Below are positions 52,725 to 64,000 of a stretch of DNA of 64,000 bases, in pieces (within the stretch, counting starts at the first letter, position 1; each line of letters opens with the position of its first letter). The notes beneath the pieces were generated by a model. It searched no databases. It worked only from the letters and a program-made list of their open reading frames with translations, and was not told the DNA's origin. The stretch is from Ginglymostoma cirratum (lineage: Eukaryota). A program made the translations under genes and the position numbers. The stretch lies in contig JAHRHZ010000046.1 of the NCBI GenBank assembly GCA_024137785.1, forward strand, positions 34,998,055-35,062,054. Reading direction: 5' to 3'.

Positions 52725-52953
52725 GTGAAGGCAATGGCCTAGTAATTAGAACAGTGTTACTAGACTATTTGGAGACTATCATAACATCCTGGGTTTGTAT
52801 CCCATCACGATAGGTGGTGGAATTTGAATTCAATACAAATCTGGAATCAAGAGTCTAATAATGACCATGAAGCCACTGAATCTGGTTCACTAATGTCCTC
52901 TAGGGAAGGAAACTGCCATTGACACTCATATCCCATGAATGAATAAAAAGAAA
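52725..52953 (+). mobile_element. Internally deleted tRNA-derived SINE copy
   Basis: ggcaatggcctagt head and cccatgaatgaataaaaag tail. Confidence 0.8.
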
Positions 52954-54253
52954 ATACACAAATGGCACCATATAATTCTTCGGATAACGCTGATAAATGG
53001 CAGTTTAAATTTAGAAATGTTTAATCCTGAATATGACTTCTTGTTACTATATGGTTCTTAAAATCTTTAGTATGATCCAACCACACACTTAGATTACACA
53101 GTCATTGTAATGGGGCTAGTCTTACAGTTCTTGTAATCCTAATGTTCCTAGCTTATAGCAAAGGTTACATAAATAATTATTTAGACAGAAAACTGTATCA
53201 TTCCTTTCTAAAACAGTGCAAGTTAATATACTTAATGGAAGCTACAACTTGCATTGCAAAACTTGGTGGAGATTAGATAGTTGTTCTTTGCAACTGTGTA
53301 ACCGTTCAATGGCAGCCTCATTTAGTCGACCTGCGGAATTCATCGATTAACGTTTACAATGGACTCTTCAATTAACCTGGGTGCAACCTTGCTGTATGTA
53401 GTGGACTAGAGCACAGGGAGAAAACATACTTTGAAAACATCTCAATGTTGTGAGATCTGTAGATCAATTATGGGAAGATGTTCAAGTCAGAACATTAGCC
53501 ATTCCAAAGAATATTTGTAGGAGCATTCTAATAGTAATATGCTGGAACTAGCTCAAATGTAAATGGTTATAAAATGAACCCCAGTGCGGCAGAAGGCTCC
53601 AGTCAGAATCAGCAACACAGCTGCAGTGGAATAGATCTCTTCGTTTCCATGGAGATCCAGAGTGTTGCAGTGAAAATTGTTGGCAGTAAGCGCATTAGAT
53701 ATTAGCAATGTGTCAGTTAAAACTGCTGATACAATATAACCTTTGAATCATAATTACATTACACAGTCTCAGAGAGCAATATAAAATTAGATAGTATGAA
53801 TAATCTGTCAAAAGCAAACACCCTGGAGTTATTTATTTATATATTGATACTGATATCAAATCAGAAGTGTGTCAGTTGGTGCAAAACATCAAGAAAAACA
53901 AGTTCAAGGGAGAATTTTGTAAGCTGCTTGAGAGCATGAGCTTATTGTAATATTTTATATGATGAGTTGGCTTTGACTTTGATTATGAAACATGCCATTT
54001 TTAAGGTAATATGCTGCTGCTTTAATATGAAAAAAGGATAATTTAACAAGACATGACATTCATCATTCTTATTTTAGTAACGTGGATAAGAATGATAAAC
54101 ATACTTCAGAACTCTATTTCTCATCTCCTATCCACTGAAGTTGGAACATATAGTCATTTGCACACAACTTCATCTACTTTAATTTTATTAAGTTGCCTTC
54201 AAATGATACTTATAAATCCAACAATCGTTTTGTTTCTCTCATTTCTCCTCCAG

Positions 54254-54424
54254 AATTTAGCCTATGAGATCATTTTAACACTGGGACAAGCTTTCGAAGT
54301 GGCTTATCAGTTGGCCCTACAAGCCAGGAAAGGTGGCCATGGCCCTCCCACAATGCAAGATAGCCTTGAAAGTAAAGCTGGCAAACCCATTCCAAAGCCG
54401 CGAGCAAGTATCCGGAAATCTGTG
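54254..54424 (+). CDS. ANKS1B: ANKS1B internal exon, PTB C-terminal helix and tail ([57 protein letters not shown])
   Basis: ctcctccag acceptor, GTAAGA donor at 54425, 171 nt. Lies within ORF 54053-54436; [16 protein letters not shown] signature. Confidence 0.96.
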
Positions 54425-57400
54425 GTAAGAGTCTAATAAGCAGATAGATGCATAGCAACAAGATGGATCCTTTTCTGCTTTTTATTGGCAGTAAGCAATT
54501 CATTGTATCTCAGTGCCCCACTTGGAGATCCTGTGCACTAAGAACTAGGTGTCTGCTGATATAAATTGGATGCAAGATTGTTTAACATGCAACAAACAAG
54601 CAGAAGGAAATAAGTTAACAATGACCTTTCAATAGTAATTATACAAATGAATTGCTATCTGACATGCACGTCGTTATATGTCCTGCTAGTGAGCTGTTGC
54701 AAACAGTAAATCAAGACTGAAATTTCTCCATAGGGACCTGTGGCAAGCCAAAGCTTGCTTTTGTCACCGACAAAGGAGCTATAATGTGTCCAAGAAATAT
54801 GGTTTCTAACTATGTGTTAAATCATTAATCATATGAGATTTCTAACCCTTTATTGTTTATCAGTGGAAGAACAGGAAAGATGACAAACATATTTGTAACA
54901 TATTCTGCTAATTGCTAACTTAAATGTGAATTAATTGAGCCCACTTTATCATTTTGCTGCTAGGTATGCAATGTCATTTTTTGGGAGGGTGATTAAGTGG
55001 AGACATCTCCTTACCTCCTGGTGCCCAGTTGTAAAGTTGAGAGTGCAGAAAGCCTGGCAGCAGGTTACTGGCTCATTCTCTTAGCCCAGGAATGGTAACC
55101 AGGATAGAATTAAAACATGACTAAACAGGCTAATCATGTCGTACATATAGAATAGATTATTCTTAAACCTGTGCAGCATGTAAAAATACATCAGCTCAAA
55201 CACATTTCTACTTGAATGCATTCAATCTTCTGGTTATCAAAATATTTTGCACATTGGATAATTTAAGCTAACAGAAAACAACTCTAGAAATGACCATTAA
55301 AAACAAATCTTTTATTTAATGACTGGTTAAGAAAGGACTTGTGACCAAATATGAGGACGCTATCACAAACCTATAGAAATTTGATTCAAATATCTTTCCA
55401 GTTTTATCTGAAAACCTGTGGGAAAATTTCAGCTTCAGGACGAGGGGGAGGGGTGACCATTAAATTTGCATACATTTTAATTGTAAGTTATGACTCCTAC
55501 ATTTTAAGTACCAGAAATGCTGTAGCTGCCTCATGGGTAGGAGGTGCAATCATTAATTAATTTCTGTTTAGTTTGTTATTTTTGTTACTTCTTTTCCGTC
55601 CTATTTTGAAACATTAAGTGAAAAGGAACCCTTGAGCTGTTCCCCTCTCCACATCCCATCTGAAAAAAGAAAACTGGTAAATGATTTCCACAACCTTCCT
55701 CTGTTCTCACTTCACCCATCATGACAAGAGGATCCCAGCTGGAAGGATTATTTATCCTACACACTGTCCCACAGAAACAAAGTGTGAATAACCTTAGCAT
55801 AGCCCCTCAAACTCTGATGGATCGTAACAGTGTGGTCTGTTTAGCCACAATCTGAGTTACTGTTTCGTTGCCTGCATCCAGCAGAAACTCACCACCTGTC
55901 TCCAGCTATCGATTCACTCAGCTGTTGCAAGCATAAACTCTGATTTAATTGCCACACAATCTAGTGAAAGGATTGACGAGTACCTCACATGATCGGTGAC
56001 TCAGTGTAATGCATTCTGCAGAAAATTCTCCATCTTTCTAAAATTGCAACAGGCGCCTGGATAAAAGTATCTTAGTTATGAATGTACAAGCCTGCATTTG
56101 CAAAATAACTCACAATAAATGCCCTGCAGTTTGACATTTTATACATTGAATTTGGAAAAGAGAACTCTCAAATTTGAGCAAACTCCGCATATTCTGATAG
56201 AACTCTGCTCCAACCATAGCCCATAGCATTTGAAGAACGAAAGCATGAGTGGATACCGAATTGTTATAAACGTTGAAACCTGCTACTGTATACAGTGTAG
56301 CACCAGCACAGAATTTGTCCGCTTAGGAACACTTTATAACAATTTTTCTCAAAACAGCAAATATATTTTTAATGTTGACACTGCTATCTTTGTCTGCTCC
56401 ATCTTTTTGTGTCGCTATCCCACTCTCTTTGCTCTTTTAATAGTTCGGAGTTCATGGACCCTTTCCAAATCGTCATATTCAGGCAGCTCAGGAAATGGAT
56501 GATTAATGAGGGAATCATTCTTGAATTTTTCTTGTGAATTGTCTGTCCCGGCCTCATTCACAGCTCTGCTGGCTATTAATAGCACCCACATGCTGCAGCC
56601 AGAGAGTTACTGCTTTCCCATAAATTCTTAGTATGACAACTTGGCATTATCCCTTTGAAAATAGCAACCTATTTTGTTGGCACTGATAAAGAGCTGCAGG
56701 AAGCCTCTTGGCAGTGATAGCTAGTGTTAAAGGTGGCTAGCGATGGCCCAAAAGCTCTGATTCTGAATTGAATAACCCCGCCAAACTGAGCCACAAACAC
56801 ACCAAATTATGTCTTCGTATAACCATGAATGGGCTTTTGTATGGTGGTTGGAAGATTAGTACTGATGGATGGTGGAGTGCTATTTTCTTCCATGCACCTT
56901 TGCCTTGTGCACTGATGGAACATTGTCCAGGCTGGATGCAGAGAAATGTGCCACTTAGGCTTCTCAAAAGTAGAGGTTGGCACATCAGTTTGAGTGTTGC
57001 TAATTCTGGCTGGATACATTTCGGGAGATGGAGGTGGAATTGATGTCACAGAAAGCCAGCAGTAAAGGCGTGAGCTGACACTAAGGGGAACCAGGGACTT
57101 GGTTCCTCACTGACATGATCAGAAATCCCCTAGAGATTAGGAAGTCTCCGCCACCCATCCCCTTCCTGCCCCAAGCCTGGTTTAAGAATCTTTTAAATCT
57201 AGAGGGTCCCTCAACATAAAATAGGAAACTTTTAGTTGGCAAATGTAACTTGAAAACATCTCAATACAACTTTTACTAAAAATAGGGGTGCTACAGGTAT
57301 ATTGTCACCACTGTAAACTGCTGCTGCTGCTGTTTAGAATCACTGCCTTGTTTCAAGATTAAGAGATGCGACTCTCAAAGTATTCTCACTCGCTCTTAGA

Positions 57401-57434
57401 CCAACAATAGCGCGTTCTGTTCTATTCGCTATAG

Positions 57435-57545
57435 ATCGGGTCCGGAGCTACATCAGGAACAGGGAGATCAACTGGTTCACGGGACAGTGGCAATAAAATA
57501 CAGCCTTTCCCGATGCTTCAATATTTCAAGAACACAGCACTCTAG
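57435..57545 (+). CDS. Candidate alternative terminal ANKS1B exon (IGSGATSGTGRSTGSRDSGNKIQPFPMLQYFKNTAL*)
   Basis: ttctgttctattcgctatag acceptor; the phase-0 frame is open to TAG; locally CpG-rich. No transcript evidence available. Confidence 0.35.
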   Translation: MGSGATSGTGRSTGSRDSGNKIQPFPMLQYFKNTAL

Positions 57546-58530
57546 CCCTGCTCTCTTGTGCGTGATTCGTGGTACCTGGGATCATCCCCGGAGTCAGTCA
57601 CAGAGAACGGAGCACCGAAGCCATGCCAAATCGACAGCAGGATCCTAGACAAGTCCTCCACTTTAATCTGACCCAAAGTTAGGGCCGCTCGCTCCACCCT
57701 CCACCCTCCCAAAAGCTGGTCAGATAGGCCACCATTTCCATTGCAGCCTGCCAAAATCCCAGCCACTTGGACTCTTAAATAACTTCTTTTTCGATTTAAG
57801 GAGGTTTGAATTTGATTGGACATGCATGGTGTTAAAACCCCTCTCGGAATATTTGGCTACCAGGAAGTTGATGCTGGTTCTGTTGGACTCCTGGCTATTC
57901 TGGGAGGGTTGGCAATCCTCGTTGGTTTCCAGTGTGTGGAAACTGACCTAAGTGCCAAATTGAATTTCCCTGGTGAGCATTAAAGCTGCTATATCTGCTT
58001 TTCCTCTTCAAAATTGAATCTGACAATCCACTTATCTCGGCAGAGATTTCCATTTGTCAAATGCTACAGGGTAATGCATGTTGAGTACCACAATAGAGCG
58101 TATTGAGGAAGATGGTAGAATAAATAATTTTGGTTTTTTTTTTCTGTTTTCATTCTAACCATGTTCTTTTCCAGTCAACTCCTAATACTCCCAATATTTT
58201 GGTGAATGGGGAAGGCAGGGTGAATTTTAGGTTGGCTAACCTTTCTATTCTGGGGAGTTGCTAGAGAGTGTTTACCGTCAATGTTGCAGAAATAGATGTC
58301 ATGGAAGTGTCTCCTTGGTCTATTTGACAGATTAGCTGAGAAGGAGAAGATAGATTGGCAGGAGAGCTGGGCATTATTATTCTGCCATGGCATGTGTTAT
58401 AGATAGGGAAAAGTCTGAACCTAAGTTATGAAGGTAGGAATAGGAGACACTGCATAATATCTCTTTGCTGTTATCATTGATAAAAGTATAACATCAGGGT
58501 TGTCATTCAGGGCATCACAATACAACATCA

Positions 58531-59106
58531 GAGATAGTAGGAACTGCCAATGCTGAAGAATCTGAGACAACACAGTGTAGAGCTGGATGAACACAGCAGG
58601 CCAAGCAGCATCAGAGGAGCAGGAAAGATGACGTNNNNNNNNNNNNNNNNNNNNNNNNNNNNNNNNNNNNNNNNNNNNNNNNNNNNNNNNNNNNNNNNNN
58701 NNNNNNNNNNNNNNNNNNNNNNNNNNNNNNNNNNNNNNNNNNNNNNNNNNNNNNNNNNNNNNNNNNNNNNNNNNNNNNNNNNNNNNNNNNNNNNNNNNNN
58801 NNNNNNNNNNNNNNNNNNNNNNNNNNNNNNNNNNNNNNNNNNNNNNNNNNNNNNNNNNNNNNNNNNNNNNNNNNNNNNNNNNNNNNNNNNNNNNNNNNNN
58901 NNNNNNNNNNNNNNNNNNNNNNNNNNNNNNNNNNNNNNNNNNNNNNNNNNNNNNNNNNNNNNNNNNNNNNNNNNNNNNNNNNNNNNNNNNNNNNNNNNNN
59001 NNNNNNNNNNNNNNNNNNNNNNNNNNNNNNNNNNACGTCATCTTTCCTGCTCCTCTGATGCTGCTTGGCCTGCTGTGTTCACCCAGCTCTTCACCTTGTT
59101 GTCTCA
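58531..59106. mobile_element. Foldback element (family A) spanning the assembly gap, with probable target-site duplication
   Basis: Inverted arms on both sides of the gap; TCACAATACAA at 58515-58525 and 59104-59114. Confidence 0.85.
58635..59034. other. Assembly gap (400 N)
   Basis: Run of N. Confidence 1.
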
Positions 59107-61238
59107 CAATACAAAGTCAATTTTATTATGAGAAAATGTGCTGTTGTGCACATATTTCTAGAATGCTAATCTCCAAATCACTTGGAGATAAGCTTATAGA
59201 GAATGCATTGATGTGGTCACATTCCACCATAGAATATGGCGAGGCTGGAGATGGCAGAACCTCATTTTATTGAGAGTCTGCACCATCTGCCTTGTGGCCA
59301 ACAGTACGGGCAATCCAGCTGAATTCCATAATGGAACATTAGCAGTAGACTGCTGCAGTCTGCATGTTACTCCCTGGTCATCACAGATGGGAACGGGGTT
59401 GTTGTCCATCATGGATAAGGCGCAGGAATGCCTTCGGTTTGGAGGTGGGTGAGAAGTTGGAGATCAGGACCAGGGGAATTCTGAAGGTTTGAGGAGCAAG
59501 AGAGGGCCCACAAGGAACCTGAGACCATAGAATAGATGCCTGCTGCGTCCCTGTGCTAGATCAGGTTCCGGACCCCTTGGAAATCAGTGCAGCCGCAGAT
59601 CTTTTCGAACAAGATTCCAAGCTGAACTGCAGCAGCAATGTTACCTTTCCAAGATGAAATTCTCTGATCCCTGATCCTCACAGTCATTCTGCATATGTGG
59701 GCTACACGAGTTAGCTTACAATTTATAACAGCAGCCCCACTGACTCTCTCTCAGTGGCTACAGGGTGGGGTGTTGGGGTGAAGCTTTCATACTGAGGCCA
59801 TAATTATTTATATATTTTTCTCACCAGTTTTCCCTCTCCTTTCATGAAGGTGATTCCAAGTTGGGGTGTGATTCCATGGGCATCAGTCTCTCTCCAGCAA
59901 CTTTCCATTTATACATATATAAACATATCTTTCAGCTTCATTACGGAAAACAAAGAGGTCTCGCCAATGGGTGAAGTCAGATGGTATGAAAGCACAGATT
60001 CCCATTGGCAGTGTTTAATCACAGTATACATGAGCAAATATCCCATTCTAGCCCCAACCAACACCAAAACTGCTAGTGTAGCTGATAACGTAATAAATTG
60101 GTAAATTATTTCTGCAATATTGTTAGGGTAAAATTGTACTGTTAAACATATTTAGCATTTTGAAACCCGTCCCTTGGACATTGTTGTTTAAATCATTTTT
60201 TGGGGGTGTCCATGTTACTTCTGTTATAAGTTGAGGTGAACAAGGATATGGAAACTTCTGGTCAAGTATTCACCTCAAAAGCAATGCAAGAAATCAAGTT
60301 ACCCTGTTGCATGCCAATACAATTTGCAGTCTGGCTTTTACATACCTTACAGCACTGACAGGATACTTTTGTTGTGCTGATGGGGAACTTTACAGTGACG
60401 ATGGGGGAACTTCAGGGTGCTGACAACTTGACAGGGCTAATATGCTTCAACAAACCTCAGTTGGAAGGACACCAGCATTTGTGCAGTAAGCTAAGGTGTT
60501 CTTTTTTGAGGAATACATGTTTGTAGAGAGGAAAAAAATGTAAAAATTCCAGAACAATTAAAGTGAAGCAGCTTTATGCGGCAAGGGAATTTGGTGTTAA
60601 TGTTTCTTTCTTGAACCAAATATAAATTCAAGTTCAACCTCTTATGCAAAATTGGCACTTTTTTACATGAATAAATAACTGCTTGTTAATTTTCTTCAGT
60701 ATAACATATGGATTTATGTTTCCTGTAGACCTAAACTTGTACTATATGAGTTAAATCAAATGTGAAAATGTAATTTGAGTAGGAAAAAACAATTGTCTTT
60801 TAGATTTTTCCCAAGCAATATAAGTGAGTTCGAGGATGGTTAAAAGATTTGTCTCCAAACCAAAGTCTCTTGATGCCAATGCATTAAACGTAATGTGGTA
60901 GGGGATAGCTATGCCCCATTATTGCATTTGTGGCAAGTTTGCAGTTTAGTCGGCCTCAGGGAGCTGCGGAAGAGAAATAAATTGGTGCCACAATATGAGG
61001 GACTGAAAGTCATCATTGGCAGCTCCCTTACACCTTCCCCATTTCCAGCTGACACCAGAAAGAGAATGGGGTATGGCATGGGCTGGAGAGACGGTGATGC
61101 TGAGAAATCCCAGGAGAGGGTTTTGTCAAGAATAATTTTTAGATAACAGCCCTTGAAAGTGTCTCTTTTGCTAAGAAATGCCTCTGCATCTTTATGACGC
61201 ATATGTATAGCTATGTTGTTGTTTACACTTTCTTTCAG

Positions 61239-61358
61239 GTGAAACATCCAAATAACAGATGGTCCTTAGATCATATTTACACCCCTCACAGGCCTCCCCA
61301 TCCTCCTCCTCTTCCTCTTCCTTCCAAGTTTCATCATTCTCTGCCGCACAAGTTTCAG
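61239..61358 (+). CDS. Candidate alternative ANKS1B cassette exon (VKHPNNRWSLDHIYTPHRPPHPPPLPLPSKFHHSLPHKFQ)
   Basis: Strong acceptor tttacactttctttcag, CAG|GTCTTA donor, 120 nt, phase 0-0, no stop, Pro/His-rich. Confidence 0.55.
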
Positions 61359-63479
61359 GTCTTATTTTGCCTTTGTGTGCATTGCCGTGTCTGCCCCTCT
61401 TGAGTTTTTCCTTTGCTAGCATCAAATGTTACTAACTGTCCAAGGCTAAAATTCAGTAGGTGTGATGCTTCAATACTGCGCTTTGGAAAAAAAACATTTT
61501 AAGATTAGATTCATTCGAATTTGTTGAAAAGGAAGCAGCTCATTTTATTGGAGCATCCAAAAAAAATTCCAAGGAACTGGCCCACCAGCAACATCCATCA
61601 TTTGAAAATGGCTCTTAGTTCCCTTTCAGTGAAACAAAATAGCAGGTTCAATTTAATCTCAAACTCTCAATTGATTTTTGAGTTATTCGTCAATGTAAGT
61701 GGACACTGGGAAGCTAGATTATGTCAGAAGCGAATAAATCAAATGCATTTTATTTGTAAAATAATCAGGATAAAATAATGATGTGAATTAAAGTGTAATG
61801 CTGTGCTTACAAATCTGCTGACACCCATGATTCCTTATGGGATCATGGCACACCTCAGCATGTTTATTTCTGCAACTACTTCAGGCAAGATTAGTTTAAA
61901 TTTGTGTGTATTATTATAAATGCTAATGAGATATAATCCTGCATTAAAAGCAACCTGAGTTCTTTTGTAGGTTCTCTCATGCGCATTTAATTATTCATGA
62001 ATGAAGTATTACTGCAGCGGCTCCATCGCGACAACACAACTTCAATACGGTTTTTCAAAGACCTTTATTAAGAATAGAAAACAACTGTGGCAACTGGAGT
62101 TCTCTTGGGCACACACTGAATTTTAGCCTAGACATTGCTGTGTTCATTGTTCAATCTTAACACCTACAAGACATTAATTTCATTGCAGACATGCCAAACC
62201 AACCCTTTTATATATTTAAGGAGAAACTAATTTGCTGAACAGAGTGCAGTGTGGAAGCATGTAAAATGACAGCATGTTACTGCAGTATTACATCCATGGC
62301 ATCTTGACTACCCTCTGAAGGCCCAGCATTCTCGCATTATATAGGATCTAAAAGGAACAATCTATAGTCTGAAAGCAATAGTCACCACCAATGAGACAAC
62401 ACTTATTTTTGAGAAAAAAAACTGATGTGTAGCATGCAATAGATTATATAGTCATATAATGTATTTCTGTATAGATAATAAATGCCCATGCCATTCTGGA
62501 ATCTTGTGGAATTTTGAGCTGCTGTATTATTTAGAATTATATGATGGAATTTAGTTTTGCTATTTAAAATTATTCTAGAATAATGTAGTCCTTTTAGATA
62601 TGCAACCTTTCTGACCATGTGCAACATTTTAATCATGGTTTTTTTTAAAAAATGTTTTAAAAATTGAATGCATTAGGATTAGATTTGCTTTCGTGGCTTG
62701 GACCATACAGGACGCTTACTAACAGTACAGTGAAAATTAGCAGTTTAATTGGGCATTTTTCAAATCGGCCTGAATTAATGCCACTTGAGATTCAAAAAAG
62801 AACATTTTCTTATATTGCAGTAAGCAAACCAATGCAGTTAGCAAAGCAAATGTACACCCAGTGCTGTTAGTATTAAGCTTGTTAAATCTGCCACTTCGTC
62901 TTTTGCTGCTTGTTATGAACTGGTGGTATATGTTTCCAGTAACTGAGCACCTCAGCTTTTGGTGCAAATAGAATGGTTTTGTAAACATAATATCTAGTGC
63001 ATCAAATGTACATTTGATTTCTCATTCAAGGAATTTGCTTAATGTATTATTTTAGAATCCTGTGTGTTTAATCACACCAATGTAAAGATTTTCTTTGAAC
63101 CCACCTGGCAATAAGATCTCTAAGTTGCACCTTCCAGGTTTTCAGATCTTAAAAACCTCCATGAAATTATGAGTCAGATCATGGGTTTTAATGTAATCTG
63201 TGTTAAGTAAATAGTCGAAAGTAATACAATGGAGCAACTTACCAACTCTTTTGAGTTTTGTTGGTTGCTATAATTACTGTACTTTGGTATCTCACAGACT
63301 TCATGGAAGGTGCTTCAATATTACTTTGTTTGACTTAGGTTATAGATAAAATGCCTTAACATACAAGTTGCTCTATAGTTTATTAGTATTTTTGAATGAT
63401 GTATTGTTTACGCACAATAACAATGAATTGTGCTGTGGTGAGATTTCCCCTTTAACAGTTTTAATCGCACCGTCTCTAG

Positions 63480-63569
63480 GAGATGCAGAATGGTAATAAG
63501 GCGGATACCAACAACGAATGGTCTTTTTTTACATGATTTCATCAAAGACCAGTTTCTGTAAAACACTAG
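63480..63569 (+). other. Candidate 90-nt exon with an in-frame stop (EMQNGNKADTNNEWSFFT*)
   Basis: cgtctctag acceptor, TAG|GTACGT donor, TGA at 63534-63536. Confidence 0.3.
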
Positions 63570-63790
63570 GTACGTGTCTTTTGCAGCTGGCCTATGCTGT
63601 AATCGTCTAAATAGTGTAATTTAAAATGAGCACAAAACAACTGACGTTTCTAAACTTCCAAGTATCGTGCAGCAGTGGGGTACGGGTGGAGGTGGGGGGC
63701 GGTGGGGGAGGAAGTGAAATATGACCAGATCTGTTTTTCTTTCTTTTGGCCCCTTTTTTTGAAATATATTTACCTCCTCTCCCGGAGTAG

Positions 63791-64000
63791 CTACAGCCAG
63801 GGCAGTCTGATGCCGCTCTAAACTGGGGCGTTGTGCGGTGGTGTGTGGAAGTGGCCTGGGATGAAACTGTCTCTGTTTCCTCCCCCTTGCCTACCCACCT
63901 CCCCTCCCTCCTGCCCTGCACAGAAACGCCTCACCTCCACTCAGTGCTTGTTCTGAAGGACCAACTGAGATCCGGAACTCCTCATGGGGGAAGTTGCAGA
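63791..64000 (+). CDS. Candidate ANKS1B alternative exon, open to the window end (LQPGQSDAALNWGVVRWCVEVAWDETVSVSSPLPTHLPSLLPCTETPHLHSVLVLKDQLRSGTPHGGSCR...)
   Basis: Long pyrimidine tract 63731-63783, then TAG at 63788-63790. Abrupt rise in GC content and 70 open phase-0 codons. Confidence 0.6.

Noticed and set aside
58421-59131. Long ORFs 58421-59107 (-) and 58550-59131 (+)
   Set aside because: Artefacts of translating through 400 Ns flanked by inverted repeat arms.
61971-62000. Acceptor ttcttttgtag at 61970
   Set aside because: The phase-0 frame stops after 9 codons and there is no other supporting signal.
1-64000. CRISPR arrays, operons or prokaryotic defence systems
   Set aside because: The sequence is a vertebrate intron-exon locus with no regularly spaced repeat-spacer array and no prokaryotic gene architecture.

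Overview
Eukaryotic, AT-rich vertebrate genomic DNA, almost certainly from an elasmobranch (shark), judging by an HE1-type SINE fragment, HER1/CR1 LINE tails and shark-type palindromic repeats. The whole window lies inside the 3' half of a + strand ANKS1B (AIDA-1/EB-1) gene. Nine coding exons can be read by hand: end of SAM1, SAM2, linker and the complete PTB domain. All nine are phase 0-0 and one has a GC donor. The start codon and the canonical last exon (recalled as ...KYETTIF) were not found in the window. Most ORFs in the supplied track are spurious or are retrotransposon fragments. The introns hold decayed CR1/L2 LINEs, tRNA-derived SINEs, a CT microsatellite and a 400-N gap. Points of most interest: (i) at least nine copies or fragments of short foldback elements, several carrying a minimal hammerhead-ribozyme core (CTGANGA...GAAAC-GTC) of the Penelope-like type, two of them with target-site duplications; (ii) a cluster of candidate alternative 3' exons after the PTB domain, including one ending in a class I PDZ motif and one that may be dual-coding; (iii) candidate internal promoters and first exons in the 28-kb SAM2 intron; (iv) two near-perfect hairpins with template-switch or gene-conversion signatures. 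Repeat boundaries are approximate, and homology statements are from memory, not from database searches.
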